Of a stretch of 64,000 bases of DNA, positions 8,709-16,914 are shown piece after piece. Where the stretch lies: IMG/VR virus record IMGVR_UViG_3300012642_000011, positions 160,001 through 224,000 of that record; one strand, 5' to 3'. The DNA comes from a virus. A program made the translations under genes and the position numbers. The notes under the pieces are model-generated. The model was given only the letters and a program-made list of their open reading frames with translations. It did not search any database and was not told the origin of the DNA. The stretch's first letter is position 1. Every line of letters starts with the position of its first letter.

Positions 8709-8796
8709 GGAAGATTGACAGAGTGGTAATGTGTCTGCCTCGAAAGCAGTAGCCATCCGTAAAACGGGTGCAGGAGTTCGATTCTCCTATCTTCCG
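8709..8796 (+). tRNA. tRNA-Ser (CGA), type II with long variable arm
   Basis: Acceptor GGAAGAT/ATCTTCC, anticodon loop CTCGAAA, long variable arm TAGCCATCCGTAAAACGGGTG, T-arm GGAGTTCGATTCTCC. Confidence 0.7.
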
Positions 8797-8906
8797 CTTC
8801 ACGTTGAATCAGTAACTTCTGTGAGTTCTTGAGTGAATTCATAGGAATCTCCATGCTAAAGCATAGAGAGGATGTCAAACGAGTATATAATTATTCTTTA
8901 ATCCTA

Positions 8907-9236
8907 TTACGATGAGACGCTCCAACAACCACTATTGTCAAATCTACTTCTGTATGCTTTATCGCCTCGTATAGCGCAATCAGATCTCCAAGCTTGAGTG
9001 CCAACACATATAGTATCACGATTCTGCATTAACGCTTGGCCATAATTAGTCACGCATCTAGCGGTATCCGCACCAACACCATACAAGGCAGTAGTGATCC
9101 AACCCACAATCGCAATTGCAGCAATAGCAAAACCAGCAACAATAATTATCATCTGGACGAGATCGCCACGATCTTTACCCTCAGCCTCTTGACTATTCAA
9201 GAAAACATCATGAATATTCTTCAAAAATCCTTTCAT
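8907..9236 (-). CDS. Flp/Tad-type prepilin paralog 1 (class III signal peptide, 4-Cys variable C-domain)
   Basis: MKGFLKNIH...KDRG|DLVQMIIIVAGFAIAAIAIVGW: charged leader, Gly, then a hydrophobic helix, followed by a Cys-containing variable C-terminus. SD AGGAGT precedes ATG. Confidence 0.65.
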   Translation of the reverse strand: MKGFLKNIHDVFLNSQEAEGKDRGDLVQMIIIVAGFAIAAIAIVGWITTALYGVGADTARCVTNYGQALMQNRDTICVGTQAWRSDCAIRGDKAYRSRFDNSGCWSVSS

Positions 9237-9265
9237 TAGTTAGTACTCCTGTGTATAAGATTATG

Positions 9266-9280
9266 ATCACATTGCGTGAT
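9266..9280. promoter_or_regulatory. palindromic operator-like site ATCAC-N5-GTGAT upstream of pilin paralog 1; repeated at 9836-9850 and 10781-10795
   Basis: ATCACATTGCGTGAT lies 30-45 nt upstream of the pilin start codon and is conserved with the flanking TGTATAAGAT in front of three of the four tandem pilins. Confidence 0.4.
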
Positions 9281-9440
9281 AACTCTTTAATTTATATCAA
9301 ACAATTTCTAATAATAATATCAAAGAAAGGTTATTTATTTACGATAAACTAACAGGGTGATAGTGCTTTTCTTCTTAAAAACACTATCACCCTGTTAAGT
9401 GTGCGTAAGATCTAAATCCTTTGATCTTCCGACTTATATG
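9281..9440. repeat. ~160-bp intergenic direct repeat, copy 1, containing a 15-bp-stem hairpin (9351-9396)
   Basis: Nearly identical to 9851-10010; hairpin AACAGGGTGATAGTG...CACTATCACCCTGTT sits between consecutive pilin genes; degenerate partial copies follow at ~10387 and ~10796. Confidence 0.7.
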
Positions 9441-9467
9441 AATGTATAATTACTCTTCAATGCTATT

Positions 9468-9803
9468 TTATACATAAACTTGTGACCAATAACAACCATT
9501 CTTATCAAATCTACTTTTGTATGCACTATCGCCTCGTATATCACACTCAGATTTCCAAGCATGCTCATCATAACATAGAGTATCACGATTCTGCATTAAC
9601 CCTTGACCATAATTAGTCATGCATCTAGCAGTATTAGCGCCAACACCATACAGAGCTGTAGTGATCCAGCCCACTATTGCTATTGCGGCAATAGCAAAGC
9701 CAGCAACAATGATTATCATCTGGACAAGATCTCCACGATCCTTGTCCTCAGTCTCTTGATTATTCAAGATAACAGCGTGAATATTCTTTAAAAACCCTTT
9801 CAT
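9468..9803 (-). CDS. Flp/Tad-type prepilin paralog 2
   Basis: N-terminal 55 aa almost identical to paralog 1; divergent Cys-containing C-terminus. Confidence 0.65.
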   Translation of the reverse strand: MKGFLKNIHAVILNNQETEDKDRGDLVQMIIIVAGFAIAAIAIVGWITTALYGVGANTARCMTNYGQGLMQNRDTLCYDEHAWKSECDIRGDSAYKSRFDKNGCYWSQVYV

Positions 9804-9850
9804 ATTGATTGGTGCTCCAGTGTATAAGATCAGTAATCACATAGTGTGAT

Positions 9851-10010
9851 AACTTTTTAATTTATATCAAATAATTTCTAATACTAACATCAAAGAAAGG
9901 GTATTAATTGATGATAAATTAACAGAGTGATAGTGCTTTTATTCTTAAAAACACTATCACCCTGTTAAGTGTGCGTAAGATCTAAATCCTTTGATCTTCC
10001 GCCTCATACA
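9851..10010. repeat. ~160-bp intergenic direct repeat, copy 2, with hairpin 9921-9966
   Basis: About 90% identical to 9281-9440. Confidence 0.7.
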
Positions 10011-10023
10011 AATCTATAAACTA

Positions 10024-10356
10024 TTACGAGGGCAAAGCAAGCAGACAACCATTATCATCAAATCTACTACTGTATGCTTTATCGCTTCGTATAGCACACT
10101 CAGAATCCAAAGCGTGATCATTATAACACGCAGTATCACGATTCTGCATTAAGCCTTCACCATAAGTAGTCAAGCATCTAGCACTATCAGCACCAACACC
10201 ATACAAGGCAGTAGTGATCCAACCTACAATTGCGATTGCAGCAATGGCAAAACCAGCAACAATGATTACCATCTGGACAAGATCTCCACGATCCCTGTCT
10301 TCAATCTCTTGATTATTCAAGATAACAGCATGAATATTCTTTAAAAATCCTTTCAT
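10024..10356 (-). CDS. Flp/Tad-type prepilin paralog 3
   Basis: Same leader and hydrophobic helix; variable C-terminus with conserved cysteines. Confidence 0.65.
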   Translation of the reverse strand: MKGFLKNIHAVILNNQEIEDRDRGDLVQMVIIVAGFAIAAIAIVGWITTALYGVGADSARCLTTYGEGLMQNRDTACYNDHALDSECAIRSDKAYSSRFDDNGCLLALPS

Positions 10357-10403
10357 TGTTTGGTGTTCCCTGTGTTGATTGAGTGAAAACTTTTTAACCT
10401 ATA

Positions 10404-10751
10404 TCAAGTAAGAACTTCCCCCACCCAATCATCATTCCAACAACTATCAGTATCAAATCTACTTTTGTATGCTTTATCGTCTTGTATAGCGCAATCAGAT
10501 TGGAAAGCATGACTGTCATAACACCAAGCATCATGATTCTGCATTAACCCTTGACCATAAGTAGTCAAGCATCTAGCACTATCAGCACCAACACCATACA
10601 AAGCAGTAGTGATCCAACCCACAATCGCAATTGCAGCAATGGCAAAACCAGCAACAATGATTACCATCTGGACAAGATCTCCACGATCCTTGTCCTCAAT
10701 CTCTTGACTATTCAAGAGAACAGCATGAATATTCTTTAAAAATCCTTTCAT
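10404..10751 (-). CDS. Flp/Tad-type prepilin paralog 4
   Basis: Start set at MKGFLKNIH (as in the paralogs) rather than the upstream MEHQL of the ORF track. Confidence 0.6.
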   Translation of the reverse strand: MKGFLKNIHAVLLNSQEIEDKDRGDLVQMVIIVAGFAIAAIAIVGWITTALYGVGADSARCLTTYGQGLMQNHDAWCYDSHAFQSDCAIQDDKAYKSRFDTDSCWNDDWVGEVLT

Positions 10752-10856
10752 TAGTTGGTGCTCCATTGTATAAGATAGTGATCACATTATGTGAAAACTT
10801 TTTAATTTATATCAAAGAATTCTAATACTAATATCTTATTCATTTATAATCTTTTC

Positions 10857-10885
10857 TTGACTTTCTTCCTCTATTGTGATATACT
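10857..10885 (+). promoter_or_regulatory. sigma70-like promoter (TTGACT-N17-TATACT)
   Basis: TTGACT 10857-10862, 17-nt spacer, TATACT 10880-10885; upstream of tRNA-Thr(GGT). Confidence 0.5.
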
Positions 10886-10939
10886 TAGAATGTAAAATTA
10901 AAGACATTAAGAATATGTTCGAAGATACTTACGATACAT

Positions 10940-11011
10940 GCCTGCATAGCTCAGTGGTAGAGCACTTTCTTGGTAAGAAAGAGGTCGTCGGATCAATCCC
11001 GACTGTAGGCT
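10940..11011 (+). tRNA. tRNA-Thr (GGT)
   Basis: Acceptor GCCTGCA/TGTAGGC, D-arm GCTC-AGTGGTA-GAGC, anticodon arm CTTTC-TTGGTAA-GAAAG, T-arm GTCGG-ATCAATC-CCGAC. Confidence 0.7.
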
Positions 11012-11018
11012 CCGCTTC

Positions 11019-11053
11019 AAGGTGGCTATGATTACCCATAGTCACCTTTTTAT
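11019..11053 (+). terminator. rho-independent terminator after tRNA-Thr
   Basis: AAGGTGGCTATG-attaccc-CATAGTCACCTT followed by TTTTATTT. Confidence 0.6.
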
Positions 11054-11233
11054 TTCATTAGAAGAATCGTCTATCACACTAGGAAACATATCCGTTCTAA
11101 TCGGTGACGTAAATGTGAAGAAATAGTGAGGATAGGCACGCTCAAGAACTGTTTGCTATTGCTCTCCTTATGTGGTACAATTTCTCTGTCACGTCATATC
11201 ATGATTCACACACTAAGAGGAAGAGCATAAACA

Positions 11234-11734
11234 ATGGACATCAAAGACAACAATGATTGCTGCTGTGGTAAAATCCACCATAGTGGCTTCAAGTTGTCCA
11301 AAGATGACAATGGATACTACTCTTTTATTGCTCGAAAGAAGTTTGACAGTGGAATGACAGGGGAAATTTCCTTTGACCTCTATCAGATGTCAGAAGGAAG
11401 TCATGATGTCCTTGTAGATATCTCATTTGTTGTCTATAGAAAGCGCAAGAGCGCATGGGGCGTGCCTAACGAAATCACAGGTCGTGATGGCGCTGCAACC
11501 CTTGTGTGGGCAAATGAGCAAATCAATGCTTTCAGCGAATTCGTTTGGAATAAGACTATAGCCAATGAAGTCACACTGGTTATTGGTTGGACGGATAAAA
11601 AGCGAGGGGATCTGTATAAGAAGGTTCTGACGCAACGTGGATTCTCTATTGTCAGAGATGAAGGAGAAATCGTCCTCAAAAAGAAAATCCATCGAATTCC
11701 CCTAAAGGATCGAAAGTATCAGTTTTCACGATAA
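11234..11734 (+). CDS. hypothetical protein
   Basis: 166-aa ORF; SD AAGAGGAAGAG upstream; bidirectional terminator downstream. Confidence 0.5.
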   Translation: MDIKDNNDCCCGKIHHSGFKLSKDDNGYYSFIARKKFDSGMTGEISFDLYQMSEGSHDVLVDISFVVYRKRKSAWGVPNEITGRDGAATLVWANEQINAFSEFVWNKTIANEVTLVIGWTDKKRGDLYKKVLTQRGFSIVRDEGEIVLKKKIHRIPLKDRKYQFSR

Positions 11735-11744
11735 GAAAACACAA

Positions 11745-11800
11745 GAAAACGCGTTGTGCAGTTAGTGGTTTTAATCCCATGTTGCACAACGCGTTTTCTT
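11745..11800. terminator. bidirectional terminator between convergent genes
   Basis: 16-bp stem GAAAACGCGTTGTGCA / TGCACAACGCGTTTTC flanked by T/A runs on both sides. Confidence 0.65.
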
Positions 11801-12908
11801 ATCGGGAAATCAAAGCATCGACTGCATTCATAGCCTGATTCAATCTACTGTAGTAGTTTCCAGAGATCACTTGATATTTCACACCTTGACTATCAAGCAG
11901 TGCTTTCAGTCTTTGAGATGACCTTTCTCTGACCTCTTGATCCCCAAACACGCGTGTACCATCATCCACCCATTCCACGTCGGGATCAAGGAACAACCAC
12001 AAATCAAACTTCTGAGACTTGGCAATAGCCTCAACAAGCGGTTGCTCAACATCTTCCCCTTCATACTCTACGCTGAAGTTCTGTGTCACATATGCTTCTG
12101 TGTCAACAAAAAGGATCTTGTTCGCTTCCTTTTGCTTTTTATAAACTTCATGCGCATGCTCAACAGCAATCTGTGAGAAGTCTTCAGGAAGAGTATTGTA
12201 GTCATTCATTTTCTCATAGAATGTTCTGCCGATTTCCTCCACATAACATGTTCCATACAGGGAAGCAAGATTCCTCACCATCGTGCTTTTCCCATTGGAT
12301 TCTGTGCCAACAATGACCACCTTCTTGACGAAATGCTCCCTGACTACAGAAGGAATCATATCCCAATGTTTAAGAACCCCATCCTGCCTTATTTTGGTAC
12401 CACTGATGTTGAACCTTGATCGCTGATGATCAATGATCACATGTGTTGCCTCTGGGTACAAACGCGCAAAGATGGAATCATACTCATATTCTGAAGAGAA
12501 AACCGCATCAATAGGCTTCCCGATAACATTTTTAATCCCATCAGCGCCCTTTTGCCAATCCTCAATATGACCAGTCTGTTCCTCGTAAACAGCGTGAACA
12601 TGAACATGAGGCATATCTTTAGTGATCTGTTTCCACCACCTGACTCTAAGTTTGTAATTGACCTTACTCACCTTGTTGTCTGCATACAGAGAATCTTCAT
12701 ATTTTTCATCATAAGAAACAATGATATGCAACTCTTTACACATAGTAGACGCCTGAATCATGGCATATAGGTGACCATTATGAGGGATGATGAATTTACC
12801 ACCATAGAATCCAACATCGAACTGATTTTCAATGACTTTGGACATTCCTGCATTTGTATCTTCTGTGATAACAATGGTCTCTGGTCTCAATTGGTTCTTA
12901 TCTTTCAT
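11799..12908 (-). CDS. nadR: NadR-like bifunctional NMN adenylyltransferase / ribosylnicotinamide kinase
   Basis: GGKFIIPHNGH (HxGH nucleotidyltransferase motif) and a C-terminal P-loop GTESNGKST. Start chosen at MKDKNQ with SD AAGGAAA, just after the stop of the upstream pnuC. Confidence 0.7.
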   Translation of the reverse strand: MKDKNQLRPETIVITEDTNAGMSKVIENQFDVGFYGGKFIIPHNGHLYAMIQASTMCKELHIIVSYDEKYEDSLYADNKVSKVNYKLRVRWWKQITKDMPHVHVHAVYEEQTGHIEDWQKGADGIKNVIGKPIDAVFSSEYEYDSIFARLYPEATHVIIDHQRSRFNISGTKIRQDGVLKHWDMIPSVVREHFVKKVVIVGTESNGKSTMVRNLASLYGTCYVEEIGRTFYEKMNDYNTLPEDFSQIAVEHAHEVYKKQKEANKILFVDTEAYVTQNFSVEYEGEDVEQPLVEAIAKSQKFDLWLFLDPDVEWVDDGTRVFGDQEVRERSSQRLKALLDSQGVKYQVISGNYYSRLNQAMNAVDALISR

Positions 12909-12946
12909 CACTATTTCCTTTTCCAATTCAAGAGTGTTAGCAATCA

Positions 12947-13708
12947 TCACAAAACCTCTTCCTTCTGGTTTCCTGCGATCTTTCTCCAATTGATGTAGCC
13001 ATACACGCTGTTGACCAAGAAAGCAATCCACATCACAAGGATGGAAAGGTTGTTTCCTCCTTGCTCAATCATTGTCATGATCCACATGGTGATAGTCAAA
13101 ATATTAATCACAATCCATACAAGCCACTGCTCCACGAACCTATTGATCATAAGGATTTGTGCAACAATGCTGAGAACAGTGGTCACACTATCAAGGCCAA
13201 TGGATCTTCCACCAATAGTAGAAAGGAAGAAGGCATAGACCACACTGAGAGCAATAGTGGACGCCACGAGGATTGCCCACTTCTTGAGATCCATTTTCTT
13301 AGCAATGACCTGTTCTCCTACTACACTCTCTTTGCTCTTTACGGCATTCTTCCTCCACAGATAGAACCCGATAAACTGCATGGGGATGTAGAAGAGCCAG
13401 TTAAGCATTACTTCACCGTAAATGGCATATGTATAAGAGATGTAGCCATACAAGGCTGCTTGAATAAAGCCGAAGAAGTAATTACTGATTTTACCCTTGG
13501 CGACCAGAACTACACAGATCATTCCTGCCATGGCAGCAATCAGACTGATTACTGTTCCATCTGTGAACAGAAATACAGCAAGGTTGACCAAGAAAAAGAT
13601 GGTTATCCATACTCTTTCAAATATAGTCCATTCAGAAAGAGATCCAAAAATAGATCTCAAAACATTCTTTGTAGTGAATCGAGGTGTAGTAACTGTAGCA
13701 GTACTCAT
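12947..13708 (-). CDS. pnuC: PnuC-like nicotinamide riboside transporter
   Basis: Multi-pass membrane protein (W..E..F..N..G..Y.. pattern) upstream of nadR in the same orientation. Start at MSTATV with SD AAGGAGAAAG. Confidence 0.6.
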   Translation of the reverse strand: MSTATVTTPRFTTKNVLRSIFGSLSEWTIFERVWITIFFLVNLAVFLFTDGTVISLIAAMAGMICVVLVAKGKISNYFFGFIQAALYGYISYTYAIYGEVMLNWLFYIPMQFIGFYLWRKNAVKSKESVVGEQVIAKKMDLKKWAILVASTIALSVVYAFFLSTIGGRSIGLDSVTTVLSIVAQILMINRFVEQWLVWIVINILTITMWIMTMIEQGGNNLSILVMWIAFLVNSVYGYINWRKIAGNQKEEVL

Positions 13709-14103
13709 TTCTTTCTCCTTTGTTTTTGTTCTGCTGGCGATGGAGACCAAAACCCAGCAAGGCATTCATAACCAAGTTTTCTTGATCAACACTAATATAT
13801 CAAAGTGACTACTAAGAAATCGACTAAAGTGACAATCACCACAATATCTTGGTTTTTAGTGATATCAAACCGACAATTCCTTTTGATATGATTATGTATC
13901 AGTTTTTGTATCCAAAAAGAAAGGGGAAATAAAATGGATAATCTCCCTATGACAGATACCGAAGAGTGGGGAATCGAAGTCGCAAAGGAAATAGATGCCA
14001 TGATTCGAGTGCAATCCTCATTCAATATGTAATTGAGCCTCTCGACAACCTCTTATACTTTGCCATCTTCTTTAGAGAAAAAGACATCCATCAAGGAGGA
14101 ATA

Positions 14104-15558
14104 ATGGCAAAGAAATACCACATTAGCGACAATGGAGAAGTCGTAGAATGCAGAGCAAACAAGATCCCCTGCAAAAAACAGAACTTCAACTCACAACAAG
14201 AAGCAGAAGAGCATCTTGAATCTACTTTGGCTTCACCATTGTCAAAGTTCTCTCCATCAGGAAGCAGACAAAACGCACACCTGTCAAAAATGAGAGACAA
14301 GTATGGCACAGACCATATTCACTCCTATACTATGTCTTCTATTGACAAGCCAACCAATGAGTTGCTGTCTTCATTGTCCTCTGTAGGAAGCCCTCTCATT
14401 GTTGGTGGATCAGTCAGGGATTCTTTGGTAGGGTCAGAATCTAAAGACATAGACATAGAAGTACACAAAACATCCATGAATGCGTTGATTAAACACCTGA
14501 AATCATCTGGATATAACGTTAACGAAGTTGGGAAACAATTCGGTGTGCTCAAAGTTACAGGACATGGCTTAGAAGAAACAGATATCTCTGTTCCCCGTAA
14601 AGAAAATAAGGTAGGTTCAGGACATAGGTCATTCAATACTTCATTTGATCCCGAGATGAGCATTACAGAGGCTGCAGAGCGAAGAGATTTCACTTTCAAT
14701 GCCATCATGTACGATCATCAGAACAATGTCCTCATTGATCCAACTGGAGGTAAAGAAGACCTTGAAAACAAAGTTATGAGACATGTTTCTGACAAGTTCA
14801 CTGAAGATCCCTTACGAGTTCTCAGGGGAGCGCAATTTGCAACACGATTCAATATGTCTTATCACCCCGATACAGCAAAGATCTCAAAACAGATCAGGCA
14901 TGAGTACAATGATCTCTCCAAAGAGAGGTTGCGAGAAGAATGGGGTAAATTCCTAGAAAAAGGAAAAAATCCTCGATCTGGAATAAAAGCGCTTCAAGAT
15001 TCTGGGTGGGATGACATGACTACTGGATTGAAAGAATCCCTCTCATCTGAGCATACTCAACAATCTCTTGAGAGAGTTACAGAACAACCTAAAGAATACA
15101 GAGCATTGCTAGGATCTGCTGCTATCATGACAAACATGGAGAAGAAGAACAGAGAAAAATTCTCCACAACTTCTTTAATGTCTAAATCAGATGAAAAAGT
15201 CGCCATGGCCCTTTGTGATCTTCAAGATTCCCAATGGGAGAGCACCTATGATAGAAAAGTTGCAGCGAAGTCATTCCCCAAAGGAGTCGATTTTGAACTT
15301 GTACACAGGTATGCAACTGTGACAGACAACAGCGTTCTCAAAGATCACAGCCGGAAAGCAATTAGTGAAGGACTAGGGAAAGAGCCTGAGAAGGACTTGA
15401 TAACAGGATCAGACATCATGATGAAGACAGATCGCACACCTGGGCCTTGGATGGCACAACTTCTCAATGAGATCAGAGACAACCAGTACAAGAATAACTG
15501 GACTGACAGAAAAGATGCTTTAAACTACATGAACAAGAGACTGGAACAGATGACATAA
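14104..15558 (+). CDS. cca: CCA-adding enzyme / tRNA nucleotidyltransferase (poly(A) polymerase head-domain family)
   Basis: GGSVRDSLVG...DIDIEV and ERRDFTFNAIMYD motifs; AGGAGG RBS 6 nt before ATG 14104. Confidence 0.75.
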   Translation: MAKKYHISDNGEVVECRANKIPCKKQNFNSQQEAEEHLESTLASPLSKFSPSGSRQNAHLSKMRDKYGTDHIHSYTMSSIDKPTNELLSSLSSVGSPLIVGGSVRDSLVGSESKDIDIEVHKTSMNALIKHLKSSGYNVNEVGKQFGVLKVTGHGLEETDISVPRKENKVGSGHRSFNTSFDPEMSITEAAERRDFTFNAIMYDHQNNVLIDPTGGKEDLENKVMRHVSDKFTEDPLRVLRGAQFATRFNMSYHPDTAKISKQIRHEYNDLSKERLREEWGKFLEKGKNPRSGIKALQDSGWDDMTTGLKESLSSEHTQQSLERVTEQPKEYRALLGSAAIMTNMEKKNREKFSTTSLMSKSDEKVAMALCDLQDSQWESTYDRKVAAKSFPKGVDFELVHRYATVTDNSVLKDHSRKAISEGLGKEPEKDLITGSDIMMKTDRTPGPWMAQLLNEIRDNQYKNNWTDRKDALNYMNKRLEQMT

Positions 15559-15707
15559 CGATAAACGTTTGGTACAATAAGTACAGAGAGTTACTCTTGC
15601 GGTAGCATTGTTGACCACGGATTGAGAACGTGAAGTTGACACGCTACCGCTTTTGTAGTAACTTAAGAACTATCACAACACGAAGAAGAAAAAGGAGACG
15701 ATTTACT

Positions 15708-15974
15708 ATGGCAAACATGCCTCGCAACAAGAACAAGAGTACTAAGCGACTGACCATCAAGCAGAAGGGCGGAAGCAACTTCCTCATTTCTTACGATCTC
15801 GAATCTGGATCTACTCTTCCTGTAGGAAAATGGGACAATAAGGATATTGATGTCTCCAAGGGCGTAGGCAAGAGTCTTATGCTGGAAATTGGCAAGATGG
15901 TCAAGGATGGATTCATTCCGTCAGTACTTGTTTCAAGTAATGAAGGTTTTGTTATTTCCATCGCGGAGATCTGA
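15708..15974 (+). CDS. hypothetical small protein
   Basis: ATG at 15708 preceded by AAAGGAGA. Confidence 0.45.
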   Translation: MANMPRNKNKSTKRLTIKQKGGSNFLISYDLESGSTLPVGKWDNKDIDVSKGVGKSLMLEIGKMVKDGFIPSVLVSSNEGFVISIAEI

Positions 15975-15977
15975 TCC

Positions 15978-16493
15978 ATGTCCAAACGAGATGATTATAG
16001 GACTTGGGATGACACATTCGTAGGAATGTCATTTGTCATCGCCGGAAGATCCAAAGATCCTCGAACTCAGGTAGGGGCAATCATTGTATCTGATGAGAAC
16101 AAAGTTCTCTCTGTAGGATACAATGGTGCCCCTCCTGGGCTATCTGATGACGATATGTATTGGGGTTCTTCAAGAGAATTCAATGACCCCCTGCAGACAA
16201 AGTATCCCTATGTCATCCATGCAGAAGAGAATGCTATCAGCAGTTATAAAGGCTACAAGAGAGATCTAGAAGGCGGGACAATCTACACTACTCATTTTCC
16301 CTGCAATGAATGCGCTAAAGACATTACCAAAGCGGGCATCAGAGAAGTTGTCTATGTCCACGATTATGAGTACCCCCTGAAACCTGCTGCTTATACTATC
16401 TTTACAAGCGCAAATGTACTTGTCAGAAAGATAGAAGAATACACAGGTCACACTATTCCCGCCTTGAATACAGGAGAAAAGGAAGTATCATGA
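15978..16493 (+). CDS. dCMP deaminase (cytidine/deoxycytidylate deaminase zinc-binding fold)
   Basis: HAEENAI...PCNECAK zinc motifs; length typical for ComEB/dCMP deaminase. Confidence 0.75.
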   Translation: MSKRDDYRTWDDTFVGMSFVIAGRSKDPRTQVGAIIVSDENKVLSVGYNGAPPGLSDDDMYWGSSREFNDPLQTKYPYVIHAEENAISSYKGYKRDLEGGTIYTTHFPCNECAKDITKAGIREVVYVHDYEYPLKPAAYTIFTSANVLVRKIEEYTGHTIPALNTGEKEVS

Positions 16494-16792
16494 TCCCAAT
16501 TATTATCATGTTGGCGTTCTTTGCAGGAATTGGAATCGGTGTTTATATTCCTTCCTTAATGGGGAAAAACACAGTTAAGCCTAATAACACTATTCAACTC
16601 AATGCACAGCAACGAGAAGCACTAGCATCCCTGTCAGAACACAAGGCAAGGCTGCTGGAAGAAGAGTCTGAAACTCTTTATGGAACAGGTATCATCTCAA
16701 CGGATATGCATACCTCCCATTCAAATGAGATTCAAACCTATAAAACACTGTCAAAAACTCTTCGCACGAGGAAAAGCATCTCCTCAAATTGA
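16490..16792 (+). CDS. small membrane protein
   Basis: N-terminal TM helix; start overlaps the upstream stop (ATGA). Confidence 0.45.
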   Translation: MIPIIIMLAFFAGIGIGVYIPSLMGKNTVKPNNTIQLNAQQREALASLSEHKARLLEEESETLYGTGIISTDMHTSHSNEIQTYKTLSKTLRTRKSISSN

Positions 16793-16826
16793 GAGACAAT
16801 TTGATATTTTCCTGTAAAAGAGAAGC

Positions 16827-16894
16827 CTTTTTGCTCTTATTGGTTGACAGCAAGAAACATATATGCCATACTGTCAACCAATAAGAGCAAAAAA
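16827..16894. terminator. long perfect hairpin (24-bp stem), terminator-like or regulatory
   Basis: CTTTTTGCTCTTATTGGTTGACAG...CTGTCAACCAATAAGAGCAAAAAA; the T-run precedes rather than follows the stem on the + strand. Confidence 0.4.
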
Positions 16895-16914
16895 CGATCT
16901 TTAAGGAGAGTATC

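Noticed and set aside
8585-8878. 97-aa minus-strand ORF
   Set aside because: It lies entirely across tRNA-Thr(CGT) and tRNA-Ser(CGA) on the opposite strand, so it is a spurious antisense ORF.
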